Shown: positions 11,878 to 24,000 of the stretch, one piece after another
How the letters are laid out: every line of letters begins with the position of its first letter
Numbering within the stretch: position 1 is the first letter of the stretch
Source: Microbotryum violaceum
Taxonomy: Eukaryota
NCBI GenBank assembly: GCA_001244265.2
Contig: CDLV01000008.1
Span: 2,046,001 to 2,110,000 of the forward strand
Reading direction: 5' to 3'
Length of the DNA: 64,000 nt
The notes under the pieces: generated by a model
Told to the model about the DNA's origin: nothing
The model's input: only the letters and a program-made list of their open reading frames with translations
Database searches by the model: none
Made by a program: the position numbers and the translations under genes

Positions 11878-13822
11878 CGCGCACTCCAACGCGCCAGGAG
11901 GAGAGTGAGCGAAGGTAGCCAATGAAGCGCGGTCGCGCCAGATGGCCGACGTGCGACCGGCGCGCGCCAGTACAGTATTGAACATTTCCCTGGGCACCTA
12001 GCAGCAGTTTCAGCCACTGTATTTCTGTGGATGTAGCCCTAATTGGGTAACCTTGAACCTTTCCAAAACCGCTTGGGAACTCAGCTGTGTAGCCGGGTAG
12101 TCCCGGCCGTCGGGTTGGTGCATCGGCCCAGATCGGAGATGTGTGCAAAACCGCCGAGATTTCCAGCGGGCCGGCCCCCACACAGCCGCACTGGAATTTC
12201 TGCCCGGGCTCCTAGATGATAAGGTTTGCAATTGATCCCAGTTCGAAGCGCTGTGTTCCTCCCCAGCAAGACTTCAATAAGTCGAGCGAAATAACCAAGT
12301 CAACCTCCTAGGGCACCTTGGTTGATCACCCTCACTGCACCTTTCAACCGTTTTGGCAAAGTTGGGCCACTGCCAGGAACCCGCGCGCGCGTGAATGTGG
12401 CGTGCAGCGAGTCGCGCGCGATCGAGAGTATTTCCTACAATCGATGTCGTTCATGTACTTGATGAAGCCCTGCACCAGGGAGAGGGCCTTCGACGTCATT
12501 GCAGTCCCAGTCTGCCCCCGACTCTGAGTCGCCGTCGTTCGCTCGCTAGGATCCACCTCGTCCGACGAGTCGTTGATCAACATGTGGGGGAAACGCGTCC
12601 CGACAGCATGGCGATTCTCGCGGACACTGCAGGGAAGGTTCTAAACCATAGTGAATGCTACAATCAGACAGGGGGGTTGTGAGGGATCTCGGTAGGTCTG
12701 GTTGGGCCTCGGCAGGGTCGAACACATGCTGATGTTTCCTCGCAATGGCGCAGCGTGCGGATGTCTAGCCGAGTAGTAAAATCTTCGCAGTTCAACGTCG
12801 TAGTTCGTCCATGATTTTCCCAAAGGGGCTGCACCAGCCACCAGGGTCGTGCTGCCTCTGGTCCAGTGCGGCGCTGGAGTCAACTGCTGCTCGGAATCAA
12901 AAGCCCAACTAGAACCTCGACCTTGGCACGTCGCGGCGCGTACTACTGGTGCCGGATGTCTGGGAGCGCCTCGGCACGAATTCAGGGTCCGGGGAAGTGG
13001 TGCGCCCACTTCTTCTCCCGGGGAACCCTCCATCCAGGTCAACAACTCGCGTCCCCAAATCACGCCCACGTCAATAATCGGTCCACATCTTGCGTGATGT
13101 GCCTCACGAACGCACCCGAGGGGCCGAGTCTCTGGAGTGTCTCTGGCACATCTTTTAGTCGGCTGCCCGCTCGCTCGGCGTCTTTGGATCGCTCTTTCTT
13201 CGGCCCTCATCATGCTTTTCCCCACTTCGTATGCCCGGTCGTCTCTCGCTCGGAGCGTCGACTGGTCGAGTTACGTGTTTCCTTTTTCCACTCGATCTGG
13301 AAGCTTTCTCGCCACCACCGATTCTCGTCGGAACCTTTGGACCGATCACCGCAACGGCACTCGAGGAGCTCCGCGTCAATTCAGGAGTCCAAGGGTCTCT
13401 TGTGTCTCTGTGAACCACCTAAGGGGTTTTAGTGGGTATGATTGATTCTGATTCAGGGTCAATGAGTCCTACACTATTGGCCTAGCCAGTTTGCTTAACT
13501 GCATTCCCTCCGACATTTCCAAAGGTTTATATGTATTGATGTAAGTATATGCTGTTATTGAAATCTATCAAACAAACAAAAAAGGCCACGATTAAACGAC
13601 TGAATCTCGACAAATGAAAATAAAGAATCTCAGATCCCGGTGAGTCGGGATGGTGGGTCGGATCACAATTCGGAGTCTGCGAACAAAGCTTCAAGATGTC
13701 AGTCGATGCAACTACTGATGGTGAAGTCCATAGACCAGCTCGGAATACCTTTGCGACAAAGAGGTGTCACTGTATGAGGACGGATCGTCACCGCAGACAG
13801 TGCCAGTGCGAGAGGAGGCAAA

Positions 13823-14558
13823 ACATCCGCCTCCGCCTCCGCATCACATCAATCACAAACACAAAATTTCACTCCTTCAACCGGGCAGAATTCTGGTCTC
13901 GAAACCGAATACAAAGCGGGTGCGTTAGTGGGCTTCTGCATCTCGCAATGCTTCATCCGAGTCCTGGGTGATCCGCTAAAGTTATCTCGATCTTTTTACA
14001 GCTGGACTGGCGCTTGTAGCTTTTATGGTCACTGCAACTGTCCTACACGTGTTCGTGTTCTGGTGGTGTAACAGCGACCTGTTGTACCGCACCTGCCTCG
14101 GTGTCCTCCTGACGGGCACCGGTTTCACTATCGCGAGACGTTCGACATTGGGGCAGTTTTCGACGGTGACATTAAGCAGGCCATCTCTTGGGTGTGAGTG
14201 ACTTTGCCGACCCCAATAAAGCAAGTCTTCAGATCGATCATTGATGTTTTCTTCGCGATAGTGAAACGGGTGCCCGTCAGGAGGACACCGAGGCAGGTGC
14301 GGTACAACAGGTCGCTGTATGTAGCACCACCAGAACACGAATACGTGTAGGACAGTTGCAGCGACCATAAAAGCTGCCAGCGCCAGTCCAGCTGTAAAAT
14401 GATCGAGAGAACTTTAGCGGATCACCCAGCGATGAAACATTGCGAGATGCAGAAGCCGCTAACGCACCCGCTTTGTATTCATTTTCGAGATCAGGATTCT
14501 GCCCGGTTGAAGGACTGGAATTTTGTGGTTGATGTGGTGGGGACGCGGAGGCGGATGT
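13823..14558. repeat. Second long imperfect inverted repeat (arms 13823-14136 and 14253-14558, ~116-nt spacer); candidate hairpin RNA
   Basis: The reverse complement of 14253-14558 aligns to 13823-14136 (e.g. acagcgacctgttgtaccgcacctgcctcggtgtcctcctgacgggcacc is mirrored exactly), with substitutions and indels increasing outward. Confidence 0.97.
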
Positions 14559-15060
14559 GGCTTGCGAGCCGGGCTGCTCCATTTTGCCAGTCAAACTCAG
14601 GAGAGGAGATGAGGTTGGCAGCGGCAGCCGCTTGAATTGATCAGCACGAGCCTCTTCGAGTGGGAAAAGCTGGGACGCGTAAATATGGGTGCATGATGAG
14701 ACGATACTCACCTTGACTGTCCTTCAACTAAGCGAGTGCGTGTGTCAGCATGGAGCGAGTGGATGATGGCGGGAAAGAAAGAGACTTATGGACCTCGCAG
14801 CGGGCCCATATCGGCAGTTGGCCGGTCTTCCGAATAAGGTCGCACGAGTGACGAGCGATGATCACCTTCAGGAGTCAAGACCGAGAATAAAATGGTGAAA
14901 GATGCCGAGGACCGAGGTCATCACCATCCTGACATTTTTTTGTAGATACGTCCAGCGAGGATCACGGTCAATGAAAACATGATGAGGTTCAGGTCTATGG
15001 TGGGCCCGAGTGCAGGCATACAGTCGCACCACCTTTGAATTCGACGAGAGCCCACGAGCT
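14253..15060 (-). pseudogene. Probable decayed intron-containing gene of unknown family whose 3' part forms the right arm of hairpin 2
   Basis: Minus-strand splice-like signals (GTGAG at ~14711, GCTGAC at ~14744-14749) and broken hydrophobic reading frames; no recognisable domain. Confidence 0.3.
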
Positions 15061-15689
15061 CAGAGGGATGACTCGATGATCATGTGACTCGGTTCACTAC
15101 GAGAGGGGCATGTGTCGTAATCAACCCGCAGGCGATCGACAGTCGCCAACCGACGGGCCGGAGGTGCTAAATATTGGCGCGCTCTCAGACAGGGGGCTAG
15201 ACGGCCCGCGGATGCGTCGGATTTGCCTGGCCGCCTGTTCTCCCAAGATGTTCTGCAGTCGACAATATTTTCCTCAGGCCTCAGGTCCAAGGGCACTCTT
15301 TACTCGCCGCTTGCACAGCCATGTCTGCCCACCGTTGCTCTTACCCGTCACACGAACCCCCCACCGACAGGACAGGAGAGACTCCGACCGACGGCCTAGG
15401 AAGACTTCCTCCAGCCACCCGCCGCGTCTCGGGTGCTATAGCACTTGTCGTCTTCTTGGTCATGTTCTTTGTGTTCTCCGCTCTCTGTCTCTGGAACGCA
15501 CGGTTTTCTTAGTACGCATGCTTCTTGCACCATGTGGTTTATTTTTTACCAGTGGGAATCCTTTAAATTAACGGGGATGATGAAAATCAAATAGCAGGAG
15601 ACTTGAATTGAGCAGTGGAAAAAGAACACAATATGAAGTACAGTACAGTAAAAAAACGATTGTTCATTTATCGGAGGAACAGCCGCCCG

Positions 15690-17520
15690 TTCTTGTTGCC
15701 CAAAACGTCGTCGCAAGTCGGTCCAACTTGGCTTCAAACACTCGTGCAATGACATCCGGACGGTTGCGTGCTTCGTCATTCTCTCCCAGTGCAGCCTTGA
15801 TTTCCGGCCGTTCGGGGTTGGACGTCACCGCGATGAACATCGAAGGTCTTCATATCTGACGACGCACGCTACTGCATCTTAATAACGCTGCGGGATCTCG
15901 CGCGGCCTGTTCTTGAACGTCGAGCTCAAACTTATCGAACGTCCAGTTCGATTAGGGTCAGTACAGCGTCGGTGACACCTTGTGCCGTGGTGAGGCGCAA
16001 GCGTTCTTGGTGACACTGGAGGTAGTTTAGCCGATCGGTGTCGGCTTGGAAGTCTCCGTCGATCACGGACTCGGGGAAGAGACGCTGGGTGCAATGCAGG
16101 AAATGCGAGACTTGAGTTGATCCACTCGACTCCTTCTCCTTGACCTTCGTGGTAGATGTTCACACAGTCAATGTCAGTCTGTGCTTGCGTCTCAACAGAA
16201 AGGAACACGTAAGAAAGAGCCGAAAGTCATGTTCATTCCTCGCGGTCTTCATCCTCATCATCGCGGTCTTCGTCCTCCTCTCCGCCACATCAAGACCGAG
16301 ACCGGCAAGTACCACGGCAATCGGACACCATTGTTGATCTGCTCTCAGTTTGTTGCAGATCGGCGGCCCAGATCGGTGGAACCCGCAAAGAGGAGTGTTG
16401 AAGTGGATCTACGGAGAAGAGTAGTGGGTAACGGAGAGGCATCGCAGACGGATGGAGCGAGCTAAAGATTTGGTACTTGGGTCGACCATCGGGACATCGA
16501 TCACCGTGCACCTGGAGAATAAGGTCTTGCGGTCCACGATCTCCCGTGTTGGTGTCGGAATCGCAGATAAGCATCGCCATTTCCGTGCTTGACGTAGGAA
16601 GGTTGTGGGTGCGTCGGTCTCGGCCAGGTGGTACACAGAGGCGCAGGACCCACGCTTTGGCCGTATCTCAACATGCGCGGGCTTTGACCGATGCGAACTC
16701 CCTCACAAAGCGATTGTCGGTACGCAACATGAACTCGAGCTTGGTCAACGTAGATCTTTGTATGCGACTGTCTGCGCCGTCGAGTCCCAAGTCGAGTGTC
16801 GGTCGCCTCGGCCGGGTCGATGAGCCATGTCTGAGTAAAGGCTGGGCATTGATTCACGGCAGGGATCAGGGCGCCGAGTCGATGATAGAAGCGACCGAAC
16901 ACGCAAAACAGGGGGGTCCTAGAGTGCCCCCCCAGTCGTGTCTGGTCGAAGTGAGCAGCCGGTGAAGTGAAGCACAGCGCGTTGTTGTACGACCGGGCGT
17001 TTTCGCGGAATGTTTTAGATTCGGTGCGCGTGGGAAGCACAGTTCAGCATGTGGGTCTACTGCAGACGAATGTTGTTGGACGGAGCAACTGACCGCTATC
17101 CGAGCCTTCAAGTAGCTGTCGATACCCGGGATTGGCCTGGGGAGGGGGAGGCGCACCTTGCCCGCGAGCAGCACGTGCCAAAGTGTCCGGTTGACTTCGT
17201 CCTTTCGCACTCCCAGTGTCGAGCCTTGCAGTGGGTGCACATGGCCGTCTGAGGGCCGCGGTAGTCGCGGACGGAAACGTGGGAGACTGGGAGTGGTTTG
17301 AGCGCGATTCGAGCCCTGCGCGCACGCACCTTTGCGCCTGCGGAGGTGGTGGTGGGGGTTGCGCGCGAGGCGGGCGAGGGCGAGCCAGGCGAGTCGAGGC
17401 GAGCACTTCGCCGAAAAGCAGGTATTCGCGCACTCCAACTCAGGAAACAGTCCGGTTCCCGGCCCTCGGGGAGCAACTGAAGGCCAAGGATAGGGAGCGG
17501 AGGAGCTATATGTAGCAGGC
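15690..17520 (-). mobile_element. Truncated, degenerate Helitron (RepHel N-terminus through the first Rep motif)
   Basis: CTHCKARHWECER...FGTCCSRGKVRLP zinc finger, FRENARSYNNALCFTS, GRFYHRLGALIP...PAFTQTWLID, HPSAMPLRYPLLF, SSTFKNRPREIPQRY*DAVACVVRY and PSMFIAVTSNPERPEIKAALG...RPDVIARVFEAKL. Contains stops and frameshifts; the helicase half is missing. Confidence 0.9.
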
Positions 17521-18197
17521 GACATCGTTCTTGATTAGCATTGCCAGATCCGACTCCTTGCTGAGCCTCCCCCCCCCCCCCCCGTGAGCTATTTTCCCGT
17601 TTCCCTATTGTCTCCCTCTGTGTTTTGTAGTTGCGAGTGCACGCAGCGGGATGCGCTGCACCACGAAACGAAATTAGAATAAGGGATTCACCGTTAATCA
17701 GCGCTCAGCGACGCCTCGCAAGTTCCAATCCCGTCGGCTATCGCTGCCAAAAGCGCTGCTCGGCACGTATAGCCGCGGCCCACGTGCCCCTTTGCGTCCC
17801 ACTTCACACCTCGGCATATCCTAGACTCACTCCTGCTGCCGCTCACTTCTTGTGGTCGACCGGATTTTGTCGTCGCGTCACGACCCACCCTGTGTCTGGT
17901 TAGGCTCGACCCCACATTTACAGGTCTACGCACCGAGCGCGCGCGCGACGCTCAACGCGCGACGCACGATCCCCGTCGATCTCAGCTCAGCTGGTCTAGG
18001 GCAGAAGAGAGCCCACGCACGCAGCCACAGTCCTCCCCTCCCACAGTACGACGCGACTGAGGCTGTCCACGGGCAACGTGCACCGCTCGCCCGCTCGTCG
18101 ATCCTTCATCGCATGCACCACAAACTAGTGCACCGTTCCCTCTTACGACCCAACAGCATCTGGACTACAATCACCCGCCTCGGCTCACGATCGCGGG

Positions 18198-20464
18198 ATG
18201 ATGTCGGGCTATGCTCCGACCTGTAAAGCCTCTGGCTCGTCGTCGTCGTCGTCGTCTTCGTCATCAAGCTCGCACGTGAACGCGATCGCCGGTTCGAGTT
18301 CAGCCGGCTACGACGACGACGACGGCACCTCGCACCTGATCCCGATCAGCGGCTACGTGCCCACTCGACTTACTCGTCGACGCCGCTGTCGCCCATCATC
18401 GAGACCTCACCGCGGATCAGCCACGGCAGCAACGGCGCAGGCGGGTTCGGGCACGGCATCGGCGCGTTCCACGACGACCACGACGACGACGACCACCATC
18501 ACCACCACCACCACCACGCCGTCTCGACCGCCATCTCCAGTCCAACGATTTCTTCCTCACCCTCCTCCCGAGTTCCCATCAGGGCGCCTTCTTAGGGGCC
18601 AGAGGGCCACATCATCGCACCACCTCGTCCAGCTCGGCTCAGCGCAACGGAGGCGCAGGCACAGGCGGAAGCGGGCCAGCAGCTGGCGTTGTTGGCGCGA
18701 ACCCGTTCCTCGATCCACCACCAAAACGATCTTGGGGATTCGGGATCGTTTACGTCATCACGAGGTTGCGCTCACAGAGGCGGATGAAGGCGTGGTTCCA
18801 TGCCGCCGCGTCGAATGGGTCCGACTCGTCGCCGCTCGTCAGAACAATTGTCGCCGCCGCATCGATTGGGTTCATCGTTTGGTTCTTGATGACTTTGGGA
18901 GCACCACCACGGACAATTGTAGCAGCAACAGAACGAGGCAAGACTCCAATATACCCCAAAGGAGCGCAATCGAATCAAATTCTTCGCGGCATGTTGGCCA
19001 AGACGTTCCCCTTTCTCGGCTCCTTCTCCTCCTCATCTGCTTCTTTGCCGGCTCCGGGCGTGATTGAACTCACGATCCCGACGCCCGAACCATATCATGT
19101 GCGCCTCGCCCAAGCGCAAGCGATGCTCGACGCCGATCCCGACTCGGACGGGTTGGCCTACCGCCGTTTCCTCGAACGCACGACCTCGCCCGAGGGGCAA
19201 ATGACCCATAAACCCACCATGACGTTCGACCACCTTTACGTGCTCTCGTTGCCGCATCGTATGGACCGGAGGGCCGAGATGACACGGTTGGCGAACGCGT
19301 TGGGTGTCAAGCTGACGTTTGTGGATGCGGCGATCAAGGATGAGCCGTTCATTCAGTGGATTGGGGAAAGGGTCGCCGCGACGAGGCAGTTGAGGAGGAG
19401 GCTCATGGTCAGTTGCCGCGAACGCGCGGATTTTGAAGAAAGTCTCATCGCTGACATGCTGTGATCTGCATGCACACACAGGCCAAAGCGCGCAAGGCCT
19501 CACCGGCTTCGATCGGTGGACTGCACATTGGGTCCGACTGGCTCACCCCTTACCTCGACAAGCAGCACGTCAAAGTGTTTCCCCAATTTCCCTCCGATCG
19601 CAAGCGGTACCCAACAGGGAATTGGATCACCCATCTCGAGGCCTTGCACACTGCGGGAAATCATACGAGCCTGAAACCCATCGACGAAAACTTTGACCTC
19701 GCCAAAGCGCTCAATGATCCTTTGGAGGAATTCGCGGTACGGCAGGTGCACGAAGGGATCATCTCGACTTATTGGGGGCAGACGAGGGCTCTGAAGGCCG
19801 TTGTGCAAAATGGAGATCGCGCGGCGTTGATCATGGAGGATGATGTCGATGTCGAGTGGGATCTTGAAAGGTTGTGGAGTCGTATTCATCGCAAATTGCC
19901 CGAGGATTGGGACGTGACGTTTTTGGGGCATTGTTGGAGTCGGGAATACATTAGTCAGTTTTATGGGCATTGTGGTTGAATGGGCTCATGGAGCTGATGC
20001 ACTAACGCCGTAAATTGCGTCCATGACCACGTCCCACAGCGCCCATGCAGTTACACCCTCACATCCACGCCTCGGTGATGCCGATGTGTTTGCACGGATG
20101 GGCCGTTTCGGCCGACGGGGCGCAACGCCTCCTCTCGACCTTCTTGGACCCTTGGTCCGCCTACTCGACCGCGGTCGATCTCGTGCTCCCCACCATGATT
20201 CGCTACCGCCGCATCTCGGCCTATTCGATCCAACCTCCTTTGATCATCCAACGCAAAGACGGTCCCTCGGACCTCCAAGAAGGTTCCGGATCGAAGTGGC
20301 GGGGAATCCTAAGGGATAGTACAGTCGAACGACTGGCGAAAGATGACGGGACGTACGAGGGGATGAAGCCTTTCGATCCGGCGAATATCGACCCCGGAAC
20401 CAAGTTGAGGATGGGGTGGTGTCCGAGCGAATTCGAGGATGGCAAAGATGGGGAAGGGAGGTGA
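18198..20464 (+). CDS. Glycosyltransferase family 25-like type II membrane protein; multi-exon, with the 5' low-complexity region apparently frameshifted
   Basis: TM segment IVAAASIGFIVWFLMTL, FDHLYVLSLPHRMDRR...LTFVDA, ALIMEDDVDVEWDL, WDVTFLGHCWS, PMCLHGWAVS...AQRLL, IQPPLIIQRKDGPSD. Confidence 0.82.
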
Positions 20465-21030
20465 TTCAAAAAAAGTCAACGTCAACGATGGAGATTTTCT
20501 TCTTTCTTTCTCCTGGGCCTTCGCTTCGCCCCATGATTTGACGGGGAGTCGTCGGCTCTTTCGTTCCGGGAAGCCTCACACGAGGGTGTCCATCTTGGTG
20601 TTTACGTGTGTTGGACCTACATTCCTTATTTTTCTGTGCCCGTTTTTCGGGTCTATTCCTCGATATATAGTAAAGAGGGTGGTAACCCCCCCATTTCGGA
20701 TCATCTGTTTCGTTCTCCACTCGCTCGCATACTGCATTGTCAATATCATACCTATCGACCATATATATCGGTTGCGTTGATGTGGTGATTGCTTACTTGT
20801 CCCGAAGCCCCGAGGCGAACAAATTCCACAACTACGCACGCGCGATGACATGGGACTGGAAGGTTGACGTCGCGTTGAAGCGATTTCGCACGTCGTCGCT
20901 GACGCGCTGACGATGCGACGCGACTGACGCGCGCGCGTGCGTCGCTATCCTCTTTTGACCTCTTTGACCCCACGCTCTCCCACCTAACCTCACTCAACTC
21001 ACCACCTCCCACCACCTTCAACAAAGAGGG

Positions 21031-24000
21031 ATGCCCCTCCTCCAACGATCTAGCTCGGCATCCTACTACCCGACTTATCAATCTGTCGCTCGATCGCCCG
21101 TCGCGTCCACTTCGACGTCCAGACTCGTTCATCGGGACGAGCAAGATCATGGCGCGTCTGCATCGATGAGCGTGACGGTAGGGGTCGAGAAGGGTAAAGG
21201 AAGGGCAGTAGAGGAAATTACTATTGGTGGGAGTGGGTCGGGGAGTGGGAGTGGGATTGGGGACGGGAGGCCGGTTGTGCAGAGGGTGAATAAGGTCGAG
21301 GTTTGGACCGTGCAATGGAGGGAGCCGCAGCATCGCAAGAATAAGACGTGGGAGAGGTGAGTGGAACAGTGGGGATAGATCATAGCGCTGGGGAGAGAGC
21401 TGAGCGTCTTTGAGCCTTATGGCATGTTGTCGGCGTCAATCGAATTGGCGTTACCAGGGACGGGGTGAGCTCTCGGAGACGATTTGATTTAGAGCCCGTC
21501 ACGAGAGGGCTGAAACTGAGCGAGGCATCTTCCTGCCTGCCCCTTTGCACTATCTACAACCACCAAATATCCGCCACATCTACCACAGTTCCTCATCATC
21601 AAAGGACCATCAGCGACTCTGAGGGACGAGAACGGCAAGACGTGAGTGACGAGGCTGGCGAAGATTTTGTGCGAGCAAAGAATGGTTCTGACGTGCCCAA
21701 ACGATCGTTCCACAGGCTCGGCTCAACGACGCTTTCTATGCCCATTGAGCCCGAGCTCGAGCTCAAAGTTGGTGGAAGAGAGTGCAAGGTGCATTCACAT
21801 TGATCTCACTGCCCCGAACCTTCCGAAGAGCAATTTTCTGACGGCCTCTTCGCACTTGCAGATCGACGATACCATCACCTACGCCGAATACGTGCGACAA
21901 TTCCATGATTCGTCCGCCGTTGTGTCAGCTCACCCCAGCGCTGGATCACCCTCGATATCACGTGCGCCAATGCCCGGGGCTATCACGCCAGGGGGTGGAA
22001 CCCCTCGAGCGCTACCGAGACCGACGCCGAGCAAACCTTCTGGACTGGCGAGCGTGATGACTGCGACGAAATTGCCCGTTGCAGACCAAAGTGCAAGGGC
22101 AAGAGAGGCAATACCCATGGGAATGGGGATGATGTCGATTTCCAATTCGGTGATAGGGGTCAAGAGGCATACGAGCAGGGAGAACGAGGATCCCATCCGA
22201 GCTGTTGATAACGATGAAGGTACCGGAGGATACGAGTCCGACTTGAAGAGGATCAGGAGGGAAGATGAGACCCAACTGGGAAGAAGGATAGACGCGACTC
22301 GAGTGATCGATCGAACGAACGTCGATGGGCCGACATTGATGGCTACTCCACCAGCAGCGCAAGAGCCCGTCAAGAAGACAGGGAAGGAGTACCTGGTCAG
22401 TGTAGCCTGAGGACCTTTCTTTGCAAGTACATCACCTCAACTTTCGCCTGACTTGTCGCAGTGCCAATATCGGAAGTATTCGACCAAAACGAACCCCACC
22501 TGGGAGGGGGACGGCGTAAGCAGCCATCGCTTCCTGCCTGGACTGATCGAGAGGCCGCTGACAGGGTCGTGCTCGTGGCTCACATAGATTCTGATCGTCA
22601 CCGGTACCTCTGGATCACTCAAGAATCGTGAGACGAGAAAGACGTGAGCTATTCTAGTGGGCTTTGGGAATTCTGATGCACATGAACTAAGGCTCCAAGC
22701 ATCGGTCGCAGCATCACCAATGGCGCCATTGGGCCCAAGGTCCGACTCGATTCGGAACAACAGATCAACATGGGCGGTTACACACTGGAGATCGAATCTG
22801 AATCCACTGCAGCACCGACGGCCACCCTCCCCATTGTCGCCCCGTCCGTTCGCCCTCCACCAGTCAGGAACATGGCCTCTATGAAGCCGCCAGCTCGACC
22901 ACCGCCATCGATCTTTGACCCCATCGCTGTCGCCGCCTCCATACCTTCGAGCAACTTTTACATACCTGGAGTGACCCCTCGAGCGAGCAAGGCTTTCCAA
23001 GATCCGACGCACGGAATGGGATCGGCTGGATCGAAAGGCAAGCCTGAGTTGGGTCCGCAGCCGAGGTTCGACCCCACTAAGGCTGGGGCAGTGGTGATGA
23101 GACGACCTGATGAGGAGCACGAGTTGGTTTATAACGGAAAGTGAGTCACGCTGCATGAAAACCGCCGCGAAGCAAGTACTCACTGGCCGTATTCGTTCGG
23201 TACGCGGCGGACTCAGGGGCTTACCCGTGGTTGATGTCGTTCTCGACCCTCAACTGGGCGATCGACTGCGGGACCATCAAAAAGAGTACGTAAACGACTG
23301 TTTCCAAATATAGAATCGCTCAGTGTTCATCTTGGGACGTTGATTTTATTGCACAGAGGCGTCAAGTTCATGTACGAAGCCGTGATGGGCATGCGTGGAG
23401 AAGGGCAAGGCTGTATTCTCGCCGACGAGATGGGACTCGGCAAATCCGTCCAAGCGATCAGTCTGATATGGACGCTGCTGAGTGAGTCCGAGTCCGAGTC
23501 CAGGCCTGTTTCCCATATGGGATTTCGGCCTGAGAGAGGACTTGATTTCACAGAGCAAAACCCATACTGGGGAAGCGGGACAGGCGTGATACAACGCGCC
23601 ATGATTGTCTGCCCCGTGACGCTCGTGAAGGTAGGTCCCTGGCGGCCGTCACTCGAGTATGCAACCTCCCCGTTGCTGACTACAATCCATCGAACTAGAA
23701 CTGGAGTCGCGAGATACGTCTGTGGCTGGGCTACGATCTTCTCCGACCTTTCATCGCCGATTCCGGGGCCAACATCAAGTCCTTCTGCGCGACCAAGTCC
23801 TACAACCTGCTCATCATCGGCTACGAGCGGGTTAGTCGCGTGAGATGCTCCGCGTCGCCCAAATTTGTTGCTAAAGCACGGCGCGTTCCCCATACAGCTT
23901 AGGACTGTCATCGACGACATTAAAGCTGTACAACCTCCGATCGGGCTGATCATCTGCGATGAAGGTGTGTTATATACTCCCCAAGACGTACTGGGACCCT

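Noticed and set aside
12300-13430. Possible decayed gene (e.g. RecQ-like relic, FIKYMNDIDCRK)
   Set aside because: The resemblance is too slight and no diagnostic motifs were found; left unassigned.
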